Shown here: in pieces, positions 20,306 to 29,829 of the stretch | How positions within the stretch are numbered: position 1 is the stretch's first letter | Layout: each line of letters opens with the position of its first letter | Assembly: GCA_963846575.1 (NCBI GenBank) | Contig: CAWJWJ010000002.1 | Coordinates: forward strand, 2,176,001 to 2,240,000 | DNA: 64,000 nucleotides | Direction: 5' to 3' | Source: an uncultured Nitrospiraceae bacterium | GTDB lineage: Bacteria; Nitrospirota; Nitrospiria; Nitrospirales; Nitrospiraceae | Position numbers and translations under genes: made by a program | The notes under the pieces: generated by a model | Told to the model about the DNA's origin: nothing | What the model saw: the letters and a program-made list of their open reading frames with translations, nothing else | The model's database searches: none

Positions 20306-21631
20306 TTATGTAATAGACTCGTCGCCTGCGGGACGCAGCAACCCTTGAGCGGCTAATACATCAGCCGCTAATTTGATAGTTGAAAATGGCAACCCAGCAC
20401 GCTCTGCAACTTGCAACAGACTGTGCGCCCCATCCGAAAGGTTTAAAACCCAGAGGAACGCCATTTCCGAGCTACGATCTGTAACAGTCCCCCCAACAGT
20501 ACGATAGAGACCGCGCTTGCCTAATTGTGGTTCACAGTGTGGAGCTGTGTTGAGATATTTCCGATTCGACTCTAGTACCTCTACGACCGAATGAACGACC
20601 TCAAGCGACCGTGCCAGCGACACCGGTTTTACAAAATCGAGATTGTCTGCAGAGGTGTGGTATTCTGAATACCGTCCATTGGCCCTTCGCATGAAACACC
20701 CAACAGGAAGGTTAAACCCTGGCGAACCGAATTGTCGTTCGTCGTATCCGTATGGAATAAAATCTGTCAGCTCGTATGATTCTCCCAGATGCTGCAGGAC
20801 GTGAGCAAACACCGCATCAATCTCGGCATTGCCTCTTCGACTTGTTTTATAGGTGAAGGCTCCCTCATCACCAACTCCAGTCATGACGAAACCATGTTTG
20901 ATCTTAGTTACATGCTGCCGATTCAACGCTAGCCATGTAATGGCACCGATGGTCACAGGAAGGAAGAGAAAGCGATATGAGTATCGGCGTGAATGCCCCC
21001 CCAAAAGTTTAGCAAGAAATGTCGCAACTGCAATCCCTGACAGGTTGTCATTGCAGAGTGACGGATGACAAGCATGGCATGAAATGAGTACCTCGTCAGA
21101 GGTTTCTCCAGGCAAGTAATATTCGCCATAGGAGAGGTGTCCATCTGTGAAGGATGAGTCAATAACGACATCGTAGTCCTCGTCACGAAGCTCTTGATAC
21201 CGCCGATGACTCAGGCAGAACCCCCAGGACTCTTTGTAGTATGAGGTTCGGTAGGGAATCCAATCCGGATGATCGGGGATTGTGAAGAGGTGCTCCTTCA
21301 ACTCACGAAGCGACATCCTTGCTCTAACTGGAGCACTATAGCTGACAACGTGTAAGTTGGATTGCTTGAAGTCAACAATCCTCACTCCTCGCTGATCCTT
21401 TATGTACGCATCTCGGATATTCCACTCCCGCGGAACAGTCCAATCAAAAACTTGAGTGCCAGTTGGCACTTCGGACACCTCTAATGGAATATGTCGCTGT
21501 ATCGATCGGAATGTCTCCCGGATCCCCTCCCCCGTAATACTTCTGCAGATGGGATACAGTTCAGCAATGAACCGATGCATGTCATTGCCACAACCGTCCG
21601 CCAGAAACGCTGATGAATCAGAACTTGCCAC
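20306..21631 (-). CDS. DUF4910 aminopeptidase-like polysaccharide biosynthesis protein
   Basis: LYPICRSITGEG, FDWTVPREW, IPYRTSYY, CHPSLCNDNLSG, GYDERQF, YHTSADNL, EPQLGKRGLY. Confidence 0.9.
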   Translation of the reverse strand: MASSDSSAFLADGCGNDMHRFIAELYPICRSITGEGIRETFRSIQRHIPLEVSEVPTGTQVFDWTVPREWNIRDAYIKDQRGVRIVDFKQSNLHVVSYSAPVRARMSLRELKEHLFTIPDHPDWIPYRTSYYKESWGFCLSHRRYQELRDEDYDVVIDSSFTDGHLSYGEYYLPGETSDEVLISCHACHPSLCNDNLSGIAVATFLAKLLGGHSRRYSYRFLFLPVTIGAITWLALNRQHVTKIKHGFVMTGVGDEGAFTYKTSRRGNAEIDAVFAHVLQHLGESYELTDFIPYGYDERQFGSPGFNLPVGCFMRRANGRYSEYHTSADNLDFVKPVSLARSLEVVHSVVEVLESNRKYLNTAPHCEPQLGKRGLYRTVGGTVTDRSSEMAFLWVLNLSDGAHSLLQVAERAGLPFSTIKLAADVLAAQGLLRPAGDESIT

Positions 21632-21688
21632 GTGAACCAGGCCTTTCGAGTAAGACTCCCCACCGTCACTCAGCGCTGATGCACCCCA

Positions 21689-22933
21689 TCACGCCAATAA
21701 GGGACATATCTGAACTTTTGGAATCGGCACAATGAATTGCCCCCCCCAACTCCGGATGTAATTCATCTGCTTCATAATTTCATCCTGGAGATTCCACGCG
21801 AGAATCAACACATAGTCGGGCTTCGTCTCCTTGACATGCTCTGGATCATAGATGGGAATATGGACCCCAGGCAGCCAATGCCCTTTCTTGTAAGGACTCC
21901 TATCGACCAAATAGTCAATGAAATCACATCGCACACCGCAAAAATTCAGCAGGGTACTAGCTTTCGCCGCCGCGCCATACGCCACAACCGACTTCCCTTC
22001 TCGCTTAGCTTGAATCAGAAATTCCAAGAGCGCCCGTTTTGTTTCTCGCGCTTTTTCGGAAAACGATAAATAATGATCGAGAGCAGTAAAACCTTGCATT
22101 CTTTCCTTCTCACTCAGTGCCGTCAACCGCTCAGTCACTGGCTTTGAGTCGTCTTCCGCATGACGGGCATAGATTCGCAATGAGCCGCCATGTGTAGAAA
22201 TTTCCTCGGCGTCAAAAATGGTCAGGCCATGCTTGGCAAAAACCCGACTCACCGTAGTGAGAGAAAAATAGGAGAAATGTTCGTGGTAAATCGTATCGAA
22301 CTGATTCAATTCCATCAACCGCATTAAATGAGGGAACTCAACAGTGATGATACCTCCAGTTCCTAAGAAGACCTTAAGCCCACCAACAAAGTCATTCAGA
22401 TCTGGCACATGCGCTAAGACGTTATTCCCAATAATTAAGTCGGGCCGTCGTTCTTCCGCAACCAACTCTCGCGCTGTTTCCATCCCAAAGAATTTGACGC
22501 ATGAGGGAACCCCCTTCTTCACGGCCACTTCAGCCACGTTTTTCGCCGGCTCGATCCCCAGCACGCGCATGCCTCGTTTGACAAAATTCTGAAGCAAATA
22601 ACCATCATTGCTGGCAATCTCCACGATATAACTCTGTTTTCCCAGGGAGAATCGCTCGACTACCATATCGACATAGTCCCTCGCATGTTGAAGGAACATG
22701 TCGGAGTAGGAAGAAAAATACGCATACTCTGAGAAAATATGGTCCGGGCTCTCGAATTCTTGAAGCTGCACTAATAAACAACTCTCACAAACAAACGCCT
22801 GCAATGGATAGAAAGGCTCCATCTGGTTCAACTGGTCAGGCTTCAAATAGGAATTGGCTAATGGAGACATGCCCAGGTCAAGAAAGACATGCTTCAAAAT
22901 CGTTCCACAAAACCGGCATCCGTCACGCTGCAT
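21689..22933 (-). CDS. NDP-sugar 3-C-methyltransferase family (Zn-binding, SAM-dependent)
   Basis: CRFC...CESC zinc site, LDLGMSPLAN, EIASNDGYLL, FDTIYHEHFSYF, THGGSLR, YGAAAK, LILAWN. Confidence 0.92.
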   Translation of the reverse strand: MQRDGCRFCGTILKHVFLDLGMSPLANSYLKPDQLNQMEPFYPLQAFVCESCLLVQLQEFESPDHIFSEYAYFSSYSDMFLQHARDYVDMVVERFSLGKQSYIVEIASNDGYLLQNFVKRGMRVLGIEPAKNVAEVAVKKGVPSCVKFFGMETARELVAEERRPDLIIGNNVLAHVPDLNDFVGGLKVFLGTGGIITVEFPHLMRLMELNQFDTIYHEHFSYFSLTTVSRVFAKHGLTIFDAEEISTHGGSLRIYARHAEDDSKPVTERLTALSEKERMQGFTALDHYLSFSEKARETKRALLEFLIQAKREGKSVVAYGAAAKASTLLNFCGVRCDFIDYLVDRSPYKKGHWLPGVHIPIYDPEHVKETKPDYVLILAWNLQDEIMKQMNYIRSWGGQFIVPIPKVQICPLLA

Positions 22934-22998
22934 GAGGTGTTCTCCTTTGGCTAGGGCAACGCTAGATATCAGCGGAACGCAAATCCTGAACTATCCAG

Positions 22999-24360
22999 CT
23001 ATACAGATTCTGGCGTATAACCAATGCCACGCCATATCACGCCTGACGCTGCCATATCTGCCGGCTCAAACAGTCCTCGCCCATCGATGACAACAGGACG
23101 GTTCATTAATTTGACGAACTGAGCGGGCTGAATGGCACGATATTCTGGCCACGCCGTGACCAGACAACAGGCATCGCTTTTCTCCAGGGCGTCTGACCAA
23201 CTTTTAGCAAAAGTGACGTTTAGAAATTCTTCTCGCCTCATTGCTTGCGGCATCGCGATGGGGTCATGCACATTGACTCGAGCGCCCTTTTTCTGAAGCT
23301 CTGCAATTAACGGCAATGCCGGTGATTCGCGCAAATCATCCGTTCCCGGTTTAAATGCCAACCCGAGAACAGCGACTTGCTTTCCTGATACACTCATCTC
23401 CTTCTCTAGCAGCGAAACCATACGGATAGGCTGGTCAGAATTGATTTTCAGCACAGCGTCCAAAATCCGAGTATGCTCTCCCACTGTCCGTCCAAAGCTG
23501 CGAAGGGCCGCCACATCTTTCGGGAAACAACTACCACCGAATCCCAGCCCATGCCAGAGATACTCTGTCACGCCTGCCGCTCCCCCAACCTGTCCATTGA
23601 CTGGCGTAAGTCGCCTATCCAGATGCACCCCTTTCCACACGAAACGCGCATCAACGCCCGGAAGTGCCGAACACATGTTGCCGATTTCATTCGAAAACGA
23701 GATCATCGTAGCAAGGAATGAATTGGACACATATTTGATCATCTCAGCGGTACGCGGTGTCGTGACTAATTTAGGACAAGTGAAATCCTCGTATACCTTG
23801 AGAAATACATCTGCGGTCCTCGAGTCTGAGGCGCCCACAACGATGCGGTCTGGAACTCGAAAATCCTCCACCGCCCGGCCTTCCCGCAAAAATTCAGGAT
23901 TCATGCACAACCCCCAACCGTCCCCAAGCTGGCGGCCGGACTGAGACTCGATCGCTGCCTTGATCGGTCCCTCCGTGGTCCCCGGCAACACCGTACTTTT
24001 CACTGCCACGACATGAAACCCGCGCTTGTCTACCAGGGCTGCCCCGACTTCTTTTGCGGCCGCCACGATTTGAGACGTATCCATTTGTCCGTCAATCGTT
24101 GGAGTGCCGACGCAAATCAAAGTCACGTCAGAATCGCGGATGGCACCCCTAGCGTCAACGGTGGCGGACAGTAAGTTATTCGAGCGTGCAGTGCGTAGCA
24201 GTTCCTCCAGGCCGGTTTCATGAATAGGGGGATGGCCGGCGTTTATCTCCTCAACAACCTCCGGCCTTATGTCGACACAGGTCACGCAATGGCCCCGCTC
24301 AGCCAAACAGGTGCCGGACACAAGCCCCACATATCCCGTTCCCATCACTGAAATCTTCAT
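22999..24360 (-). CDS. ugd: NDP-glucose 6-dehydrogenase (UDP-glucose/GDP-mannose dehydrogenase family)
   Basis: GTGYVGL, KSTVLPGTT, NPEFLREG, GFGGSCFPKD, GLAFKPGTDDLRES. Confidence 0.92.
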   Translation of the reverse strand: MKISVMGTGYVGLVSGTCLAERGHCVTCVDIRPEVVEEINAGHPPIHETGLEELLRTARSNNLLSATVDARGAIRDSDVTLICVGTPTIDGQMDTSQIVAAAKEVGAALVDKRGFHVVAVKSTVLPGTTEGPIKAAIESQSGRQLGDGWGLCMNPEFLREGRAVEDFRVPDRIVVGASDSRTADVFLKVYEDFTCPKLVTTPRTAEMIKYVSNSFLATMISFSNEIGNMCSALPGVDARFVWKGVHLDRRLTPVNGQVGGAAGVTEYLWHGLGFGGSCFPKDVAALRSFGRTVGEHTRILDAVLKINSDQPIRMVSLLEKEMSVSGKQVAVLGLAFKPGTDDLRESPALPLIAELQKKGARVNVHDPIAMPQAMRREEFLNVTFAKSWSDALEKSDACCLVTAWPEYRAIQPAQFVKLMNRPVVIDGRGLFEPADMAASGVIWRGIGYTPESV

Positions 24361-24378
24361 GGATGATTTGTCCTCTGC

Positions 24379-25518
24379 CTATATGCCTGGTTCGTCTTTA
24401 TCCAATTCTTCCAATCCAGCGAACCCCTGGTACCATTGCAACATTCTGCTGAGGCCCAGTCTGAGATCCACAAGCGGCGTGTACCCCAACAATGACCGTG
24501 CCTTAGCAATATTCGGACAGCGCCGATTTGGATTATCCGTCAGATAATCTGCTTCGTCGCTGGGCTTGTGAATGACTCGTCCCTTGCTACCCGCCACATC
24601 CAGTAACAATTGGCCAAGATCTCGCATCGAGATTTCAGGCGACTCGGTACCTACATTAAATGGTTCGGCATGGTGAGAGGAAAGCAGTGTCAGCAAGTAA
24701 CCAGTCAATGCATCAGACACATAGCAAAACGTGCGCGTCGGAGTCCCATCCGACCGGAGTACGATATTGCGGTCAGCAAGAACATCACGGCAAAAATCAG
24801 GCAAGACTCGACCATCGGCCATGCGCAACCCTGGCCCATAGTTATTAAACGGTCTAACGATCTTTGCAGGTACGCCGTATTGCTGAAAATACAGGTAGCA
24901 TAGCGTCTCGCCCAACCGTTTTGATTCGTCATAACATGCGCGAGGGCCGATGCAGGACACATTCCCACGGTAGGTTTCAGTTGTGGGAATTTCATGAGCT
25001 GGAGGATCACCATAAATCTCACTTGAACTGAAATAGAGGATACTCTCACTTTTATGGGAATTGGCTAACTCCAACATGTGTCGCAAGCCGGATATATTGG
25101 TGTCCAAGGTTTCCAACGGATACTGCCGATAGACCTTCGGGCTTGCAATGGATGCACCATGAATGATGAAGTCAAATCTCTCCCCGCCAGAATCTGACCA
25201 CGACTTAGTAATATCCTGCCTTAACATCCTTATATCTGGACTGGTCGAAACCAACTCGACGAGCCAACGTGGCCGGCCTCGGATGTAATTGTCCGCAGCG
25301 ACGACTGAAAGACGCCCATCCTTTAAGAGATTGCGATTGAGGTATGCAAAGAAGTGAAGAAATCCAAACCCAAGAAAACCTGCAGCTCCGGTAACGAGAA
25401 TGCGTTTTCCACGGAATGCTTCTAAACGCTTCCCCAGTGTCTTCTCCATTCGCACCCAGTCTTCATCCAGCCATGCTTGTGCTCGCGCGAACAAAGTTGT
25501 CTCAACGGTCATTTGCAC
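24379..25518 (-). CDS. NDP-glucuronate decarboxylase-like SDR (second, divergent UXS homolog)
   Basis: GAAGFLG, ASIASP, SSSEIYGDP, YRGNVSCIGPRACYDESKR, DGRVLPDF. Confidence 0.88.
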   Translation of the reverse strand: MQMTVETTLFARAQAWLDEDWVRMEKTLGKRLEAFRGKRILVTGAAGFLGFGFLHFFAYLNRNLLKDGRLSVVAADNYIRGRPRWLVELVSTSPDIRMLRQDITKSWSDSGGERFDFIIHGASIASPKVYRQYPLETLDTNISGLRHMLELANSHKSESILYFSSSEIYGDPPAHEIPTTETYRGNVSCIGPRACYDESKRLGETLCYLYFQQYGVPAKIVRPFNNYGPGLRMADGRVLPDFCRDVLADRNIVLRSDGTPTRTFCYVSDALTGYLLTLLSSHHAEPFNVGTESPEISMRDLGQLLLDVAGSKGRVIHKPSDEADYLTDNPNRRCPNIAKARSLLGYTPLVDLRLGLSRMLQWYQGFAGLEELDKDEPGI

Positions 25519-25655
25519 CCTCTCTTTCCTGCCGACAAATAGCGTGGTTAGAAATGGTTCAAACCCACCTGTTTTTATGGGTCCGGCAATTATCCATCCA
25601 CCTCAACCAAGCCAAGGTCCGCTTGCAGGTTATTGATGCACTCTGCCTAAACCGC

Positions 25656-26426
25656 CTACCAAATCTTCCATGGAGCTTTGCCCGTATTCCACAGCTCCTC
25701 AAGGTAGCTTTTCTCTTTTAAGGTATCCATGCAGGACCAGAATCCATAGTGCTTAAATCCCATCATTTCCCCGGCGTAGGCTAATCGTTCAACGGGATCA
25801 CGCTCCCAGATGGTGTGATCACCATCAATGTAATCCAACGCTTTGGCACTAAGCACAAAAAACCCGCCATTAATCCAGCCCTCCCCCGATTCTGGCTTCT
25901 CAAAAAACTCAGTCACTCGATCACCATCGAAGCCAATTCGACCGAAACGTGCGGGGGAACGAACCGATGTCATGGTTGCAAGCTTGCCGTGAGCACGATG
26001 AAACTCCAATAGTTTATCCATGTTCAAATCGGCAACTCCATCTCCGTAAGTCAACATGAATGTCTCATCAGTCCCGAGCCATTTCTTAAGACGTTTTACA
26101 CGTCCACCGGTTTGCGTCGTCAACCCGGTGTCGGCTAAATGGACCGTCCATTTGGGCTGATTGCCATCATGGATAGTCGTTTTTCCTGTGGCCAGATCAA
26201 CAGATAAATCATTGTTTATGGCAAAGAAATTGAGGAAGTACTCTTTGATCATCTCTCCTTTGTATCCAAGGGCAACGATAAACTCTGTAATCCCGTACAC
26301 CGCATGAATCTGCATGATGTGCCACAGGATTGGCTTTCCACCGATTTCCACCATCGGCTTTGGACGAAGCACGGTTTCCTCGGACAGTCGCGTCCCCAAA
26401 CCTCCCGCCAAGATCACCGCTTTCAT
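25656..26426 (-). CDS. rfbF: glucose-1-phosphate cytidylyltransferase
   Basis: MKAVILAGGLGTRLSEET..PKPMVEIGG.PILWHIM, TGGRVKR, LTYGDG, WINGGFF, GFWSCMDT, APWKIW. Confidence 0.95.
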   Translation of the reverse strand: MKAVILAGGLGTRLSEETVLRPKPMVEIGGKPILWHIMQIHAVYGITEFIVALGYKGEMIKEYFLNFFAINNDLSVDLATGKTTIHDGNQPKWTVHLADTGLTTQTGGRVKRLKKWLGTDETFMLTYGDGVADLNMDKLLEFHRAHGKLATMTSVRSPARFGRIGFDGDRVTEFFEKPESGEGWINGGFFVLSAKALDYIDGDHTIWERDPVERLAYAGEMMGFKHYGFWSCMDTLKEKSYLEELWNTGKAPWKIW

Positions 26427-26529
26427 GCCCCTACCTCCAACAATCAATAGCGCTTTAAATTGCAGTCAACTTGCATATGTGCCTCAGACACCCGACACAC
26501 GACCTCCGGCCTGCATCGCCGCGATCTCC

Positions 26530-27336
26530 CTATCCATCAGGAGCAGGCTCAAGACCACCACGCTTTCTTGCCCGTACACCGATAACCAACTCATAATCGC
26601 GATCCCAGTAATCAAGTTCATCTCGACGCAATTCGGTTGCAACGACCCCGTGCAAACTCGCTGTCGCTGCTAAGACATTTCCATAACTCTTCACCGTTAC
26701 ATCTTCCGGACGAAACACCTCTTCCATCAGCAGTCTCATCGACAAGGAGGTGAACCGCCAGTACTCGCCCCAAGTATCCATATCGTATCTCGACAACTGA
26801 CTAATTCCCGGAACCACGATGAGCACGACGCCATTTGGCTTTGTAATGCGCTCCAATGTCTTGAGGGCCGCTCGCACATCAAAAATAAACTGAAGGGTGA
26901 AGGTGAGAATCACACAATCAAAGAGAGATGACGGAATGTGGTCAGACTTGGTCAGATCAGCTTGGATAGTGGAACCGGAGCTACCTGGGAAACCAAGCAC
27001 GTCTGAATCGGTCACCCTCTTTTCACCAAACTTAAGAGTGTAGCGGTTGTCTCCAATCTCTAGCACGCGCCCACAAATGTCATTTTTATACCCCGCTAGG
27101 AATTGCTCTTCGGTATAGTAACGATCAATGGGCTGGCCCTCACGCCAGCCGAAATCCCGCCTAAGAGGATGCACCCTTCGCAAAGAGTTACCCCATCTCC
27201 AGTCAAGCCCCAACCCGCCCTGATCGTCCAGGAAAGTCCTTCGAGTCTGCTGATAAAGGTCCTCCCCTAGCAGCCTTCTCGCGAACGTTTTAAACGGCCG
27301 CGCGAACGTCGAGAACAACTCACTTCGAATCGTCAT
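26530..27336 (-). CDS. class I SAM-dependent methyltransferase
   Basis: GQPIDRYY, GRVLEIGD, FDCVILTFTLQFI, EYWRFT: family common in glycan loci. Confidence 0.8.
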   Translation of the reverse strand: MTIRSELFSTFARPFKTFARRLLGEDLYQQTRRTFLDDQGGLGLDWRWGNSLRRVHPLRRDFGWREGQPIDRYYTEEQFLAGYKNDICGRVLEIGDNRYTLKFGEKRVTDSDVLGFPGSSGSTIQADLTKSDHIPSSLFDCVILTFTLQFIFDVRAALKTLERITKPNGVVLIVVPGISQLSRYDMDTWGEYWRFTSLSMRLLMEEVFRPEDVTVKSYGNVLAATASLHGVVATELRRDELDYWDRDYELVIGVRARKRGGLEPAPDG

Positions 27337-27398
27337 CGCTCACTCTTTCAGAACATGCAAGAGTCGAGATTGATAGAAAATGAGCCCACTGAACAATG

Positions 27399-28673
27399 CT
27401 AAAGAGGGCTATGATCGGTACTCCATTTGAGCAGAGGTCTCACGACTCCTTCCCAACGGCCGGATACATCGCCTCGTGCCGTGTCTCCCGTCCCCGGGTC
27501 TATTACTCGAAAACCCACTGCCCGAGGAATATCACAGTGCGTAAGCCAAGGATCTTCTGAAATAAGGCCGCCTCCAACCACCATCGTACCCTCTGATAAA
27601 TAATTTCCAGGAATCCAGGCCGTACTGATATACCGGCCAACCGGTCTGGCACGCCTGTACCATGCCGGATCCCGGTCGTTGACGATGAAGGCGATAACGT
27701 CTTCCTCGGTATTGAAACCAAACTGCGCGACAATCATATGGCCCGCCTTGAGGATGTCATACTCGATCTCAATTCGCACCGGATTTCGAATATCCACGAC
27801 ATCCGTGACTTGACCGGATGCTGACCTCACCCGGATCGCCCGCAGGCGCACGACCTCATTTCCCGGTGCTTGGGTGAGATCAGGCCATTCGACAGAGGGC
27901 TGGATATGACCCGCCTGGAGATAGTGCCGAACAACGTCGTGCGCCGCCCCCGCCTGCACGATCTCCCCCTTGTTGAGCAGAATCGCCCGTTTGCACATCC
28001 GGGTGATGGCCGGCATGTCGTGAGACACAAGGATCACCGTCCGCCCATGCTGCCCCACATCCTCCATCTTTCCCATACACTTTTTTTGAAAGCGCACGTC
28101 CCCCACCGCCAACACCTCATCGACGATGAGAATGTCCGGATCCATATGCGCAAGGACCGAAAACCCCAGTCGGACATACATCCCGCTGGAATAGTGCTTC
28201 ACCGGCGTATCGATAAACTGTTCCACTTCGGCAAAGGCCACGATCTCGTCGAATTTCCTGGTAATTTCCTGCCGTTTCATCCCCAAAATGGCGCCGCTCA
28301 TGTACACGTTATCGCGGCCGGTCAATTCCGGATGGAACCCCGTCCCCACTTCCAGGAGGCCGCAAAAGCGCCCATGGATGACCGCCCGCCCCTTCGTGGG
28401 TTCCGTCACCCGGGAGAGGATTTTAAGGAGCGTACTTTTCCCCGAGCCATTGGTGCCGATAACTCCGAACACTTCACCCCGCTTGATCTCGAAGGAGACG
28501 TCGCGCAAGGCCCAGATGGCCTCTGTAGCCCCCGTGGCGCCGCCGGCCCGCCGTCCTGTCAACCGGCGGAGTCCACGCGAGAGCACGCTGGCCAAGGACC
28601 CGTCCTGAGCATGCATGGCTCCCAGACGATAGAGTTTATGCAAGCTGTCAACGTGGATCGCAATGTCACCCAT
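27399..28673 (-). CDS. wzt: polysaccharide ABC transporter ATP-binding protein with C-terminal carbohydrate-binding (Wzt_C) domain
   Basis: Walker A GTNGSGKS, GFHPELTGRDN, YSSGM, DEVLAVGD, ~170-aa C-terminal extension. Confidence 0.93.
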   Translation of the reverse strand: MGDIAIHVDSLHKLYRLGAMHAQDGSLASVLSRGLRRLTGRRAGGATGATEAIWALRDVSFEIKRGEVFGVIGTNGSGKSTLLKILSRVTEPTKGRAVIHGRFCGLLEVGTGFHPELTGRDNVYMSGAILGMKRQEITRKFDEIVAFAEVEQFIDTPVKHYSSGMYVRLGFSVLAHMDPDILIVDEVLAVGDVRFQKKCMGKMEDVGQHGRTVILVSHDMPAITRMCKRAILLNKGEIVQAGAAHDVVRHYLQAGHIQPSVEWPDLTQAPGNEVVRLRAIRVRSASGQVTDVVDIRNPVRIEIEYDILKAGHMIVAQFGFNTEEDVIAFIVNDRDPAWYRRARPVGRYISTAWIPGNYLSEGTMVVGGGLISEDPWLTHCDIPRAVGFRVIDPGTGDTARGDVSGRWEGVVRPLLKWSTDHSPL

Positions 28674-29516
28674 TCAGATTAGATCGGCGAAGGTTCGCTC
28701 CACCCTCCTGAAAAATATCACGCCTCCGACCAGTAAGATGACGACTACGCCGAGACTCACGACCACCATGCGCCAATCAGGTGCGGCCTTTCCCAACACG
28801 GCCCACCGAAACCCTTCGATCACCCCAGCCATGGGGTTCAATCCATAATAAAACCGCATGGACTCAGGCACTAGCGAGGCTGGATATAATACGGGGGACG
28901 CAAACATCCACAATTGCGTCATCAAAGGCACAATGGATGCTACATCTCGGTATTTCACATTAAGAGCGGAAAGCCACAGGCTAACGGATAAAGCAGTGGC
29001 AACCGCAACTGCCACAAATAGCGGAAGGAAAAGCAGGGTCAAAGGTGGCACAATCTGATACCACAACATCATCCCGACCAAAATAAACAGACCGACAGCA
29101 AAATCGACTAAGTTGATGAAGGTCGCGGCGACAGGAATGATCAACCTAGGGAAATAGACCTTCTTGATGAGCCCGCCTTCGGTCACCACACTCAGAGTGC
29201 TGCGTTCAAGACTGCGAGCGAATAAGGACCAGGGTAGAATGGCAGCAAAGGCAAACAGGGGATAAGGCAAGCCATCAGAGGGCACCTTCGCCAAATAGCC
29301 AAACACCAGGGTAAAGATTAATGTGGTCAGCAGGGGCTGCATCAAAGCCCAACCAGCCCCAATCGCCGTTTGTGCATACCGAGTTTTAAGATCTCGCCAT
29401 GCCAAAAAGTAGAACAATTCACGCGCGGCCCAAAGTTCCCGCCACCCCACACGGACATATCCTGTGCGCGGTTCAATTACAATGGAAGAAGAGTCGTGGT
29501 TCGCTATGACATCCAT
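28674..29516 (-). CDS. wzm: polysaccharide ABC transporter permease
   Basis: WRDLKTRYAQT.IG..W, KKVYFPR, YRDV, LNPMAGVIEGFR, FADLI. Confidence 0.93.
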   Translation of the reverse strand: MDVIANHDSSSIVIEPRTGYVRVGWRELWAARELFYFLAWRDLKTRYAQTAIGAGWALMQPLLTTLIFTLVFGYLAKVPSDGLPYPLFAFAAILPWSLFARSLERSTLSVVTEGGLIKKVYFPRLIIPVAATFINLVDFAVGLFILVGMMLWYQIVPPLTLLFLPLFVAVAVATALSVSLWLSALNVKYRDVASIVPLMTQLWMFASPVLYPASLVPESMRFYYGLNPMAGVIEGFRWAVLGKAAPDWRMVVVSLGVVVILLVGGVIFFRRVERTFADLI

Positions 29517-29741
29517 TCACACACCAAATCATCACTCGATAAAAAGCAGGAGGCTGTCGCAAGTATTGCTTACCACCTGACGTGACTCCCACGTAAGTAG
29601 CCAGAGACGGTCCTCATATCCCAAGAGTATCACAGCAGAAAGGATAAGGTTATTGCCTTAAATGGAAGCACTGTTGATTTTCCTGTAAAGGAATAATGGG
29701 TATGGTGGAAGGTAGCTACTTTCTATTCTGACGTAAGGACC

Positions 29742-29757
29742 AGCAACACACGTTCCG
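29742..29757 (-). promoter_or_regulatory. candidate sigma-54 (-24/-12) promoter upstream of wzm
   Basis: Minus strand CGGAACGTGTGTTGCT versus consensus TGGCACGNNNNTTGCW (GG-N10-GC), in a 313-bp intergenic gap. Confidence 0.45.
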
Positions 29758-29829
29758 GCTGTGCAAAGCCTGGACCGTCGTCAACGGAGCCGCAATCATT
29801 GAGTGCACATGCATGAGTATGGAAAAAAT

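Noticed and set aside
29517..29829. ops/JUMPstart (RfaH) element upstream of the glycan genes
   Set aside because: No GGCGGTAG core found here or upstream of the first wza.
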